Assembly: GCA_010909165.1 (NCBI GenBank)
Contig: MU008176.1
Location: 1,046,856-1,110,855, forward strand
From: Anthoceros angustus
Taxonomy: Eukaryota > Plantae > Anthocerotophyta
Reading direction: 5' to 3'
DNA: 64,000 nt
In this document: positions 51,901-64,000 of the stretch, in pieces
Layout: the number at the start of each line of letters is the position of its first letter
Position numbering within the stretch: the stretch's first letter is position 1
Notes under the pieces: generated by a model
The model's input: only the letters and a program-made list of their open reading frames with translations
The model's database searches: none
Told to the model about the DNA's origin: nothing
Made by a program: the position numbers and the translations under genes

Positions 51901-52660
51901 CCCTTCGCCTTGAGGGGCTCGGCACCACTCCCCTTCTTCCTCCTTTGGGCGGTTGTAGGCCGCCTCGGGACCTCAAGGTCCATCGCCTTGGGTCCTCCGG
52001 AGGTTCTTGGACCGCACCTCCTTGTTGACCGCCACAAGATCTTCCGGCGAACTCCGGACGGTGGCCTGTCGAGCGTCGGACCATGGAGCGCATCCGGTGC
52101 CACTCCTCACTAATTCTCCCGCTTCCTCCGGCCGGGGCCCAAAGTCCGGATAGCGCGGGTCACAATGTTGCGCTCCACGAGGTTCCATGGCTCCCAAACT
52201 TCCGAGCTTTTGGGTGCCATCGCCTTCTCTCCCTTTGTTCTGTGCGGCGGAGTTCCGGCACGATCGCCCTCCTCGCGCGTTCGCTCTCCAGCGGCGGTGA
52301 ACTACGCTCGAAGGTCTTGGGCGCTCAAGAGATAAGCGCCCGAGCGGGTTGCGGGCGCAGAGGCTGCGGTGTCTGTGCCGGTTGACCTTCCCCTTGGCGC
52401 CTTGGGAGTAACGGCGGGGCGCCTCTTCCTGTCCGTAGCGCGAGGAGTGCATGGCTTATTCTCGACCTTACGCCTCCCTTGCTGCGGCCTTCGCGCGCGT
52501 ACTCGTTCGCCGCGCGCGATCCAGCGGGCGTGAATACCGCTATAACGGCCCTGGCGAAACTCACGGTCCTCGGTGCATGCCGACCTCCACTCGGGGCCGT
52601 CCCGTGGCGCCGCTAGTCCGTCCTCACGGCTCAACTTCTAAGTTACTTTCCGGGCGTACT
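48940..52660 (-). mobile_element. Long degenerate TE-borne ORF ('DWGRIIFA' family, low-complexity middle, coiled-coil C-terminus)
   Basis: Homologous to 31.4-33.8 kb (AAGTTACTTT...GGCGTACTTATC start region; KRADW motif at ~51700). E/K/R-rich heptad segments at 49.9-50.3 kb. No RT, RNase H or integrase motifs seen. Confidence 0.65.
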
Positions 52661-52899
52661 TATCACCTTGGACTGGGTAGTCGGACTTATCCGTAGTGGC
52701 GCTGCCATAGTAGGTCGGTCGTTGCATTCCGTGATCCGGAGTATACTCCGGTCGATGCTGCTATCATACTTATTCCTCCTTTTCCGCCTTATTTTATCCT
52801 TCGCTCCTACAAAAAACAAAACCCTACTTATTTCTAACCCCAAGGGAAGTCGTAGTCCACATACTCCCCTTCTCACTGTTGGTCTCTCCGCCAACACTA

Positions 52900-54030
52900 A
52901 GCGTGATACTTTTTCACCGCCACCGTTCACCCGAGTGGGCGGCAATTCACCATCAATGCCGAGCGGAGCGGACCCATTGGCGTATACAACCATGGTAAGG
53001 TCCCATCCATCGAGGTGGAGTTTACGGAAGTGCATATGTCGGTACATCGTAAAGGGGCGGATCTCCCTCCTTCACATACTCCCGATTCGGGCACATGCCG
53101 GCTTGCGTTGATTACATACCCGGTGGCGGGTGCCATTTGCATTTCTCGGGGTAAGGCGATGGAGCGGGTGGTGGGGATTGGTGAGCGCACAGGGTATGTT
53201 GGTACTCCGGCGCACAGAGCACACCTTCCATTGCCTCTCGGTAAGACTTTGGCCTCCCACTGATTTTCAAGGCGGACGGACCGAAATGCACCATGACTCT
53301 ATTTGGCGGTCTGCCCAGTGGCGCAGCAATTCTTCACACGCTATCTCGACTTGGGTGGTACGTTCCTCGATTGCCTTCCCATTTAGCTAAAGCTTAAGCA
53401 CCTCCCGTAAAGAGGCGTGTCTCTGACCTCAACCGTGGGATGTCGTAGGTACTCATGTGGTGACCCCACCCCACGCTTATGGGGACGTCCGCGACGTCGT
53501 GGCCGGTCTGAAGTGTAACCTTTCGAGTGCGGTGGCGGCCTCTGCGCGTCCTCCTCCTGCCGAGGCCGGGTTACATCCCGGTGAGGAATCACGATTGCTT
53601 GCCAAAGACTCTCGCCGCCACGCCCGTTGGGCTCCGATTTCCACAGTTTCCTCCCCCGGGGCTTCGACGTCGGCATCCAGGCCCGGTGGTGTAATTGCCT
53701 CAAGGCGCTCACAGGCGGGCCGGTCTCCGGGTTCCCCTTCCACGGTCGTGTCCTCTCGGCCCGCCATTTTTATTGGGGCCAACCCCTGCCTCCGTGATTC
53801 GTGCCATTCGGCACGATCCATGTGTGTTGCGATCGGATGTTTCTCGGCAGATGGCCAGGAGTCGGGCCCCGGCCGGAGTGGCGTCATGCCGTCGTGTTGT
53901 CAGAACTGGTGAGAATCGTTCTCTTCTGGTGGGTCCCTCCATGCTCTTTCCACAGCCGATCGTGCGAAGGCCGGACCTGGATCCTCGGGAGTTCTCCTCC
54001 GGGATGCGCCGATGGCTGGCTCTGATACCA
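52900..54030 (-). mobile_element. Retroelement 5' internal region: tRNA-iMet PBS (54019-54030) followed by possible gag-like ORF remnants
   Basis: GCTCTGATACCA is the reverse complement of TGGTATCAGAGC. Broken minus-strand ORFs follow (MAGREDTTVEGE...; KSYREAME). The gag assignment is weak. Confidence 0.55.
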
Positions 54031-54034
54031 CAGA

Positions 54035-54369
54035 TGTTACGACCAGTCCAGGGATTTGCTGCAGAATTTCGGGGACGGGCTTTCCGTCCTGGTTTCGCTA
54101 TTTGTACAGGATGCGTGCGCGTCCAAGAAGGTCGCGCGTGCCTACTCCACCTACCTTACCTACCCGTGTCTTGGGAGGTGCGGTAGGTATTTGTTACCTA
54201 CGTAATTCAGGTTTTTCCTAGTCCTAACTACAGTTACGATAATCTACCCTATATATGGTTTATATCTAGGTAGCTACCTCTAGTTACGTTTTATAAAATG
54301 CAGCTGCTACGGATGCCCCCGTCTATCTTCCCGTATCGCGAGGGTTTTTACGTGGAATGGGTGTGGACA
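54035..54369 (-). mobile_element. 5' LTR (~335 bp) adjacent to the PBS
   Basis: TGTTAC...GTGGACA with TG/CA ends, 4 nt from the PBS. No partner copy in the window. Confidence 0.6.
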
Positions 54370-54379
54370 TTTGTGGAGC

Positions 54380-56836
54380 ATCTCGCCTCTTGGTGGTAAA
54401 TTTGGGATGGTGTGGGGTGGCAATCATGTTGTTCCAAGTCCTTCCCTCTCCGCCTGCCACGCACTCTTCTCATGCTCCAGCTCCTACAATTGCTGATCTT
54501 GAGCTCCCAACTCCGCGCGCTTCTCCTCCAAATTGTACCGGGTTCTTCGCAATTCCTCTTCCATGTCCCGGATCTTGATGCCTTGGGTAGCCATCACCTG
54601 CTCTTGTGCGTCCATTTGTTGGGTCGCCACCTTCTCCCTTCCTAGGGCCTCTGTTTTGCTCTTTCTCTCCCGCTCTAGCTGGGCAAAATGCTCTTCCTTA
54701 CGCCTCCCTCCGAATCTGTTGGGTGGTTGCACGAATGGCTCTCTCCTCGATGCAGCTGACAACCTCCCCTCTAGGACCTTCTCAGCTCTCCTGGTCCACG
54801 AGATCCCAGCTGGAGCTTCTCCTGACCTTCTCCAAACAGCTGCCTTCTCGTCGGACTCCATGGCTGCAATTGCCATTTAGTCCACTGCTCTCCTCTCCGT
54901 CATTTCTTGGGCTTTGACTTCCTCGACATGCCCACAAGGAGGCTGCTAGTTCCTAGCCTCCTTCAAATCCACTGGTGGGTGCCTCACAAGCACTCGGCAA
55001 TTCTCTAGGGGCCCCAAATTACGCACTTTGTTGGCCTCTTCTTCCGGAAATCTCAGCTCCCTTGCACCTACTTGCCGCGCCACAGCGGCGTGCAGGTCCC
55101 CTCATGGTTGCCCCATCCGCCCTTCCTCCAAGCGCGGGTAGTGGCGGCCCTAGCAGCGCCCATGATGCTTCGCCGCTCCTTCCCCTTCCCTACATGGTAA
55201 TTCTTGCCCTACCGGCGTAGGGTGCTTGCCTACCGCACTAGGCTGCTCCCCTCTGCATGGTAGTCACTTACCTACCGTAGTGGGGCGCCACCACGGTAGT
55301 CTCGCCCTTGGGTAGGTTGCCTCCCTACCGGGGTAGGCTGCTGGGGTGCCTCTCCCCTAGGCACAAACGAGATGGTGGGGACTCCCCCCACCCTTGGGGC
55401 CATCACCCCTCCTGTGGTAGTCCTCCGCTCATAGACTACCATTCGGCCTTCCTCGGCCGGTTCCTGTTCCTCTCCTCCTCCTTGCTCTTGTGGGGGAAAA
55501 GCTTCCCACTCCGGCAACCTTGTTGCCTCTACATCCTCCGCCCTTGGCCCTGGCATGCTTGTGGAGGTCTAACCTCCCACGGTCTTCCTCGATGCAAAAG
55601 GCAAAGGCCTTTCCAAGCTTGGCTGGAGATGAATTATCTCCGAAGGATGCCAAGCATCTTCCAACTCCTTGCTTGTGAGAAGTCCCTCCATTTCCCACAA
55701 ATTGAAATTATTTAAGGGTTATGTAGACCAATTGCACTAAAACAATTACATATTAAAGAAGATTGTTCTTATCAAGAAAATATACATTGAACTAATTAAA
55801 ACGAAAGGTAAGTTAGTTTTAAACACTGCCTAGAGGTGTGCCTTTTGGCTAGAGGCACAACTCTTAACAAACAGGTATGTCTGTTTATATCTATACATAT
55901 AGCTTATCTACTAATGACTTATCACTAAATTATAAGCTATGTAAAACCTCTAAAACCCTAGGGAGCCGTCGGCACATATCTCCTTCTACACAAATGCACC
56001 AAATAGGTGCTAAGGTAGCAGGGCCTTGGCCCTTCCTCATCCACCGAATTTGGCTTGAGGAGCTTCTCCCGGTGGTGGATGTAGGCCTCATACATGATGG
56101 TGCCCCAATCTGGCTTGGCTCCTCTCGAAATCTTCCACAAAAATTGCAGGAAGTTGGTGCTGAAATAGGAAGTCCTTTGGTAATTTACCAACCCCAGCAC
56201 AATCTTCGCAAAGAGCCTCCACTTCAGCTCTTTGATGCTATCTGTTTTCCAGCCATTCTTGGCATGGGCCTTCACTCCTCCGTCCATCATGTCGAGGAGC
56301 TCCTGCGGAATTTCGGAGAGGGCCGTCCTCTTTCCTCCATTCGTCCTCTCGAGGAGAGCAATTCCAGAGCTCTCCTCCTCCGGTCTCCCATACACCTGTC
56401 GAATGCTCCTTACGGTCCAGCAGCGAGGATCCGTTCGAGCATTCCTCTCCGGTAATGCGGCAAGGGCTGCCTCTGATTGATGGAGATTGATGAAGCACTC
56501 TAATCAACTCCAAATTGGTGTAGGCCCATTGGCGGCCATACACCATCAATTGGATGTTATCCTCCTCTGCCCATTGCCGAAAATCAACCAAATCGCGGAG
56601 GTTAAGCTGCCCTGCAAAACAAGTGGATTGGGGCATCTCGACTTCACCCCCTCCTGGCGGCGCAACCTCCGCTGCTGCCTTCTTTCCTTTCCCACTTCGC
56701 GAGGAGGAGCCCTTGACAGGCGGTTCCTTCCCTTTGCCCTTTCCTGCTGGTGATGGACAAACACAGCTCTCTCCAATTGCTCGTAGTAGACATCAGGTGG
56801 CAAGTGCTGGTGGTGTACAAGCGCAAGGGTCACCAA
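54380..56836 (-). mobile_element. Degenerate TE-borne ORF, distant member of the DWG family
   Basis: RQWAYTNLELIR...IRGSP; KWRLFAKIVLGLVNYQRTSYFSTNFLQFLWKISRGAKPDWGTIMYEAY...PCYLSTYLVHLC; coiled coil at 54484-54876. Confidence 0.6.
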
Positions 56837-57149
56837 TTGCTGGTAGTAGACCCACAGTGTGGCGATCTTTGGACATCCATAGCGGTCTCAATTACTGTCA
56901 CAGGGGACCGGGTCTTGAGCAGTAAGTCCGGAGCGGACAACGAAGATTTGTTCAAGCTCAACCTGAACAAGGGTTGAGTGAAGAAAGAACCAAATGCGTT
57001 CACAAGGTCACACTACGAGCATCTCAAAAGACAAGCTTCAGAGCACAATGAGAATTTATGTGCTGCAAAAGTCAAATATACATGCCCTATCACAACTAGA
57101 GAAGAAGCCTGACTGCTGCAACCCGGCTATTGTTGCCAATCAATTGAAG

Positions 57150-57628
57150 ACTATTGTCACTAAGTTTCTCTTGGGAATGGGTCCTTATTCTACCATGTTC
57201 CCTTTGCGCAGAGGAGCTGGAGTCTTGGTTTGAAAATTTACAAGTCTGGAAACTTGGGAATAAATGGCGTATTCAAGAGTTTGCAAATGGCAGCATAGAT
57301 CCATGGGGCTCAAATGCTGTGCACGGAGCTCTGTCCAAAGTCTTTATGGGCGCAAGGTATAATGCCCAGGAGCCTATTACAATTACTTTGGGGCAAGTTG
57401 GGTTCTTCCTATACGTGGTAAGCGAAACATCCATGAATTAATCTCATATATTATATCTAATTATATAATTCTGACTAGGTACTTAAACTCTTGCAGTTGG
57501 AATATGCAATGGATGGAAAAGTAATGGAAGCTCCTAGGATGCATGAGCATCTCTTGGGCATGAAGAACATGGAAACTAGGATTATTGGAGCACGGGCCCG
57601 AATGAGAAGGATCGAAGTCCTCATTTAA
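57150..57628 (+). pseudogene. Unidentified spliced gene fragment
   Basis: EELESWFENLQVWKLGNKWRIQEFANG...ITLGQ, then a CAG|LEYAMDGKVMEAPRMHEH...IEVLI* block. Family not recognised. Confidence 0.3.
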
Positions 57629-60477
57629 TTTTCATCTCATTTAGTTCTTAGTGGTTTAGGAGATTTTTGAGGATGCTTGTTTGTAACTATATCATAGTTA
57701 CAAAAACGCGGATCCTTACATTCTCTTGCTACTTATGGCTGTCTCTTCCCCATTTTGTGGTCTTCTTTGCGGAGAAGATTGCTAGGTTTTATACTAGCAC
57801 TGGGTGTTTCTTATTAGGCATTTGAGGTGGAGTACACTTTTATTCCTTTATGCATATAGATTTCTCTAATATTTTTCAAAAATATTTTTGATATAATAAT
57901 ATGGTATAGATAAGTAATATTTTAATGTCTAATTAATTTTTTATTTAATATTCTGTTTTAATAATATAGTATCTAATGAATATATTAAAATTATTTATTT
58001 TATAGGAACAATTTATTGAATAAGAATAGACACTACATTGAAATGTATATAACTTCAATATCTCATCATTATACAAATAATGTACTTTCATAAGGGACTA
58101 CGTGTGGTCTCCCAACGTCTTTGAACCTAGATGTACTCCATGTATATTCTTGTAGATTATAAATATGTATGTATAATTTATAAAATGAATGTATTCACCA
58201 TGAAGAATCGATAGTAGAAGATACTACATTTTCTACACATGCTTTCTATACAAGCTACTTTGATTCAACATGAATTTTTTTCTTAAAACATGAATATGTC
58301 ATGTACTTTCTACATGTAAACTATGTGATCCTCCTAAATGTTTGAAACTACATAGAATTTACATATACATATATTCAATCATTTTAATATATAAATAAAA
58401 AATACACATTGAAACCACAAAGCAAGCATAGGAGTTGATAATGAATGAACTTAATGTATAATCCACATAACAAAATGGTACCATAGTTTTCAAGTTGATT
58501 AGATGTGAAAACTTTGCCCAAAGTCAATCAATCATCTCATGCATTTTCAACACAGAATTCGTGCGAACCTCCGAACTGTCAGAATCCACACAAAAACCCT
58601 AAAGGGCTGGATCCCGTGCATTTTTCACGCAGAATTTATGTGAACCTCCAAACTGTCACAATCCACATGGAAACCCTTGGGAGCGCGATCTTATGTGTTT
58701 TCAATATAGGATTCGTGTGAATTTCCAAATTATCATAATCCATATAAAAACTCTAAGGGGTGGGATCGTGTACATTTTCAACGTAGAATTCGTACGAATT
58801 TCCGAACTTCTAGAATCCATACGGAAACCTTAGAAGCAGAATTTCAAGGTTGATTAAACATGGAACTCCAGTAAAAAATTATCAAACATTTCGCACATAG
58901 AACCTGCACGTACCTCCGAAGTGATGGATTCTATATGGAAATCGTACTGAATCTGGGGGGGGTAAAATTTGTGATGATTCCGTACCTTGGCCCTGAAGGT
59001 AGGAGTATCTCTTAGTTCATCATCGATGCGGGCAGCTCGATCTTGCACAGCCTTGGCCTGCCGCTTCAAATTGCAAGCTTCCTTAAACAATGAGTGCTCC
59101 CTAGGAGCCATGGCAACAAGTAGCAGGCAGCTCAAGCGGACACGAAGCGAGGAGGAGGAGGGGGAGGAAGCGAGAAGCGAGGATCGGAGGAAGGGAGAGA
59201 GAGGTGGGACGCATCAATGTCCGAACCGTGGGCACAATTGTCAATGGGTAAAGTGAGCTGATTTAGACTTACCCGAAGTTAAGTTTTATGGTTAAAATAA
59301 AAAGTTAAAAGTTAAAATAGATCATAATAATAATTATGATAATGATAATAATAATAATAATAAATACTGTAAGATAAGAAGTGTGATAAAATACATAAAA
59401 GTAAATCATTCAAAATTCATATTCACACCATTCGTACTCTATCACAAGATAGCCAAATGTACTTTGCCATATGGCACAAAAGTGTGGCACCAAAGCATGC
59501 TTGCACCCATCTAAGGACCGGCCAATTTCGAAGCCGTTAAGAATGCCCGAAAGAGTATGGAGGAAGTACCTGTAAAGACTTTAAAGCTGACCCACCTACT
59601 CTTTTCTAATTGCACAATTGCCCTAGGACTGCAAATAACCACACATCAAGTTAGTAATTGTTGCCTACTTAAGGAATTGAATACATCTGACAAATTTTAA
59701 TCTTAAACATAATACCATTATTGTAGTTACTATATATAATTTTTAATTTTATTTGATTTTATTTCTATTTATTAATATATTATGAAAAAAATGTTATTTA
59801 TGCAATGGATACGGTATGATAATTACTTTAAGAAACTGAGGCATATTTTAGTATGTATCTTAAAAGAAGGGGGTGCATAGAGTTCTTGGGTTAGAATATT
59901 TTCAATTTAAGAAAAGCTCAGCGAATATTTGTAAATAGAGCTGACATTAAAGGTGTCGGTGCAATAGATGTTTGGTAATTACTTTAAGAGTCTAAGGCAT
60001 ATTTAAGAAATTGCGAGAAAAAAAGGCATATTTAAGTTTGTATCTTAAAGAGAGGACGATATGAGGGCTACATACATCTAGTTCTTAGGTTAGAAGATTT
60101 TAAATAGGAAGAGCCCAATGAGTATACATAGCTAGGGGCGACATTAGAGGTATTGGTGCAATCCATGGTGAAGACTACATAGAGGTCTTGGGGGTTAGAA
60201 ACTTGTTAGTTTGGAGTTGCTCAATGAGTATAAATAGGGGTGACATTGCAGATTAAAAAGATTTCATTTCTGTATAAGAGCTTGGAGCTTGTAGACGCTT
60301 GAAATAAGATTTCTTTTGAGATTTTTTATTCTTATGATAATTATTGAAAGTGTTTGCTTTACAGTGAAAGTCATCGACAAGCTCAACAATACAATTTGAG
60401 GATAATTATTGTATTTTGTTCCTGATACCATCCTGAGTTAAAATACTTATCTCTTTAGTCAAGACGTATTTTTCAAA

Positions 60478-61950
60478 ATGGCCTTTAAGATATCTCACCA
60501 TCTTTTACTCATGATGATGTGTCTTTTATATATATTGCCTATGAAAGAGGCATCACCCGTAGTTTCCAATACACAAAGACCACTAATAGTGCGATACCAT
60601 CGTGTGGATCCAACTCATCATTATCGTCACTATTTTGGAGGTTTTGACTTAAGGAATACGAGTTATGTGAATAGCGTGATATATACAGGAGCTCCGTTTT
60701 TTAATGCAGCTGTAGCAACCATTTCTTTTTTTGTTTTTCTTATGATAACTGCCTTCGTTCCTCCACTTCGTAGAATAAAACGTCGTATACCCTATAACGA
60801 GACTTTTCTCGGTGTGTTGGGATTTGCAACCTTTGCGGTCGGTGTTATTGCAATGGGAAGTGCCGTTGCAGTTATTATATTGCAGAATACGTATTATGCT
60901 AGGATTTTCCCTTTATCACATTCTCTAGTAATTAAAACTGCCGAACTAGCTACTGAGCAAGTGCAAAGCGCAGCGGATGCTGTGCAAAATATTGCTAATT
61001 ATTTTATTGTCAACTCTGGCCCACCAATAAGCTACTATGCTCTCTCTCTCTATGCCCGCGCACAAATTCATCAGGTCAATAGTGCTAAAAGGAGAGTGTT
61101 GGCAGATCAAACATGGAATGCCTTCTTTTACAGGTTTCATCAATTTAGACATACTAGCGTTATTTGGCAGCAGCTGGGACTTAGCTATACTTTTGTCCCA
61201 CTCTCCATCATATTGATTATTATGAGTATCGGTATGGTAATAGGTAGAATATATTGGTCGGAAATGAAGTGGACACAGTCAACTTTCTATACAACGCAAA
61301 GTTTCATTGCTCTCATCGTAATAGCAGGGCTTTTAATCGTAGGTGGATACTCCTACGGCATGCTGCAGGCAACAAAAGATGCATTTGATGCCTTAAACGC
61401 TTACAATTCTCCATTCAACACGACCTTTGATTTCGAGGGGTTCTTTCCGTGTCGCGACCTCGAAGCAAAAGGAATGCGATTATTAACCGACATTGTTCAG
61501 ATAGGAAGCCCAATAGGCTGGATTGATCCATATATCAATCAAACTTTCTCAATCGATCATGTACAAGAGACTGTAATGAGAAAAGCATGGAACAATAGTG
61601 AAATTTATAGGATCTTAGGAGCAACCTTGCCTCAAATCCAAGCGATGATTAATTGTTCTAACATTTTAGATTGGGTGCACCTTGAAGCCAATATAAACCG
61701 AGACCATGTGCAAGATCCAATTAAGGGTTTCATACTCTCCTTGATAATCTTGATTGTCGCTTTAGCTTTTCTTTCCATTCTTGTGGTCCTTATAGGAGCC
61801 ATTGCGAGACCACTTCCACCTCCCTTGGCGTCCCATGGGCAACTGATAACACCACCGATATCAAGCATTCCTCCCAACACTCTCGCTTGGTTGCAAGGAT
61901 TATTAACAGCTAACGAAGATGTTGCAACTGATGTGGAGGCGCAAGAATGA
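60478..61950 (+). CDS. Multi-pass membrane protein of the plant tweety-like family, intronless, 490 aa
   Basis: Uninterrupted ORF with a signal peptide and ~5 hydrophobic segments. GGFDLRNTSYVNSVIYTGAPFF resembles the family motif GGWNISNxHYWASVxFT, and AFDALNAY...FFPCRD resembles CVAMDEW...ILPCVD. Confidence 0.72.
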   Translation: MAFKISHHLLLMMMCLLYILPMKEASPVVSNTQRPLIVRYHRVDPTHHYRHYFGGFDLRNTSYVNSVIYTGAPFFNAAVATISFFVFLMITAFVPPLRRIKRRIPYNETFLGVLGFATFAVGVIAMGSAVAVIILQNTYYARIFPLSHSLVIKTAELATEQVQSAADAVQNIANYFIVNSGPPISYYALSLYARAQIHQVNSAKRRVLADQTWNAFFYRFHQFRHTSVIWQQLGLSYTFVPLSIILIIMSIGMVIGRIYWSEMKWTQSTFYTTQSFIALIVIAGLLIVGGYSYGMLQATKDAFDALNAYNSPFNTTFDFEGFFPCRDLEAKGMRLLTDIVQIGSPIGWIDPYINQTFSIDHVQETVMRKAWNNSEIYRILGATLPQIQAMINCSNILDWVHLEANINRDHVQDPIKGFILSLIILIVALAFLSILVVLIGAIARPLPPPLASHGQLITPPISSIPPNTLAWLQGLLTANEDVATDVEAQE

Positions 61951-64000
61951 CTAGGCCCCATCTCTACAAACCAGACCTCAAAGTGGGTTTAAGTTATATA
62001 TTTGGCCCATGGTCTAGGACATAAATTCATCCTTAGTGGATTCTATGCTTTATTTTCTTCATTGTTAGACCTTTATACGAATACAAATTATACCTACAAG
62101 TTATGGTGAATTATAATCTTGCACTTATAATCAAGTGCACCGGCCTGAGTTATCTTAAAGTCAACGGCGAGAGTTGAAGACGCATCATCGACAATCCTCG
62201 TTGTACTATGTAGGACCTTTCATTCTCTAGTTTATGTTATAGGTGCCATAAGTGACAAGACGCGGTGTTTCGTGTCTAAAGTCATTTCCTTGTTTCCTTG
62301 ACCCTATTCAAACTTCCTAAGGTGTTTTTAAGGTAGATCAGCTGTCCCCATCTACACTTGGTCAGTAAAGTGATACTTTGTATAGCCCTGTATCAAGTAT
62401 AGGTAATCCACTTCATAAGCAGTGGATATTGTTTTGTAATAATCGGACGTTGAAATAACATTAATGCGATCTCTTAACGTTTATGAAAATTAGTGAGAAC
62501 CCTTATTTGAATCCGTTGTTTTGTGAGAGAACTATCTATTTGGTCTTGGGAGTGCCTATTGTAAGAGCCCCATAGCCTACTGTAAGAGCCGTATGAGGCT
62601 ATCCTGATGAGATTGTTGTGCAGGACTTTGATGTACACTTTCAAAGTCTATTGTAAGAGCCATATGGGCTACTCCTCATGAGATCCTTGTGCGCGACTTT
62701 TATGTACACTTTGAAATATCTATATTGTCTTAGAATTCACCAAAATAAATTATGCTTTGGAGTTTTTGATGCTTTTTTTCCTGACCTTAGTGTTATGCAT
62801 GGTTGTTGTCCATTTAGTCCTAAATTCTATCACGAAGATACAAATGCGCGAGTGAAATTAGTCAGTAGGTGGTAAGAGATTTTGTTTGAAAAAATTTGGA
62901 ACCATGTCATTGAATGTTAATACTAATGAGATCAAGCCTTTTCTAGAGGAGGAAATGTGTCAAGCCAAATTGTTAGCTTTTGTATTTATTTGAATTCTTC
63001 CTATGTTAGATTAAGCATGATAGCAGCTTTTAAATAACACTCAACAATACGAGAGTGGAAAATATTGTCATGACTCAAGAGGTCATTGATTTGTGATGTC
63101 TGATTAATAAATTTAAATCTATGAGACCATATCCAGAGAGGCTTATTAGACACTGATTTAAGTATATTAAGTAATAATTTGCAGAGTAAGTTACAAAATT
63201 GAAAGAAACCAATGTGAAGAGAGCTCAATGGAACAAGTTAATTATAATTGATTAGAATGTGAAGCATTCAAAGAAATTTTAATTAATTGGAAAGCGGCTA
63301 TTGAAGACCATAATCTTAATTAGTTTCACATGGACCTTGATTGTTGGCTGCACCGTTAAGAAACAGTTTATAGAATGCTATATGAACAGTTCTTCATTAG
63401 AAATTAGGCATTCTTTTTTAATTTGACTCTAAAGTAATTGTGTTACATTTTGAGTTGTTTTCTAGTGGATTCTGTCTAATCAATTACATAAACAATCACA
63501 AAAGATCATAACATAGAATACATGACTCGATTGATAAGTCGAAGCTTAAGATTTTGCATTATGGATTACAAATGATGAAAATTGTGCATGCGAAATGGCT
63601 GTGAACATAATTCCATGAGTGACGACAATAAAAATGGAAAAAATTTCATTATTATGGGACTTATGTTTAGTGGCAAGGGTTGTGGAGGAGCGCTCCATAG
63701 GGGTTGAGTGCGGAGCTTCGGAGTGGAAGCTTATTGGCGTAGTGTGCCATCCGGCTCGGAGTTCGAGCCCCATCTTAGTCCTCATCGGTTTGGGATTACT
63801 ACTGTTGGGGGCCTGCGAGTGGTGGATTTGGTCAGGCGGTTCTCGAGACCCACCACGATTGGGTTGCTCTTTTGGGGTCGACGTGAGAATGCCTTCAACC
63901 TTTGTGATGGCCATCTTGACGAGCTCAAGAATGCGGTGGTGATTAGCCGGCCTCATTCGCTTTTGTCCGCTCCTTTTATGGTCTCCTTCCAACCTCTATT

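Noticed and set aside
49087-54186. Numerous long overlapping ORFs on both strands (e.g. 50260-51141 +, 49591-50181 +)
   Set aside because: These are shadow ORFs of GC-rich, frameshifted TE sequence with no recognisable domains.
48231-54374. One intact LTR retrotransposon with a TTTG target-site duplication
   Set aside because: The two LTRs do not match, pol is missing, and the 4-bp match depends on an arbitrary choice of left end.
59800-60260. Diverged ~190-bp tandem repeats upstream of the membrane gene (and a ~72-bp pair at ~62580-62720)
   Set aside because: Ordinary degenerate intergenic repeats with no evidence of function.
63546-63992. 148-aa minus-strand ORF at the window edge
   Set aside because: No recognisable motif, possibly truncated by the window; insufficient support.

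Overview
Eukaryotic nuclear DNA from a compact-genome, seed-free land plant (hornwort or Selaginella-like lycophyte; inferred from short GT-AG introns, about 50% GC genes and PLS-class PPRs of the 'DAHVFVAALQAC' type). (1) 0.1-16.4 kb is an A-B-A-B-A tandem array. A (~2.2 kb) holds a complete ATG101 gene, a shared divergent promoter and the first ~220 bp of TRAPPC13. B (~4.2 kb) is repeat-rich and carries a diverged ATG101 exon-4 fragment and pieces of an unidentified gene. (2) 16.2-29.7 kb is ordinary gene-dense DNA: TRAPPC13, intronless CacyBP/SIP, plastid UMP kinase, a degenerate tRNA-Val(CAC), a small plant-specific protein and a coiled-coil gene. (3) 30-59 kb is transposon-rich: a Stowaway-like MITE, several relatives of a TE-borne ORF family with a 'DWGxIx[FY]' motif, LTR/PBS/PPT remnants, three tandem PLS-PPR pseudo-copies, and a Plavaka-type transposase whose C-terminus abuts a PPR E-domain at two loci. 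(4) 60.5-62 kb holds an intronless tweety-like membrane protein. Repeated regions show systematic CWG-to-CG/CGG changes and homopolymer indels that look like nanopore errors on CHG-methylated DNA, so many frameshifts may not be real. All family assignments are from motif recall; no database search was run, and repeat/TE boundaries are approximate.
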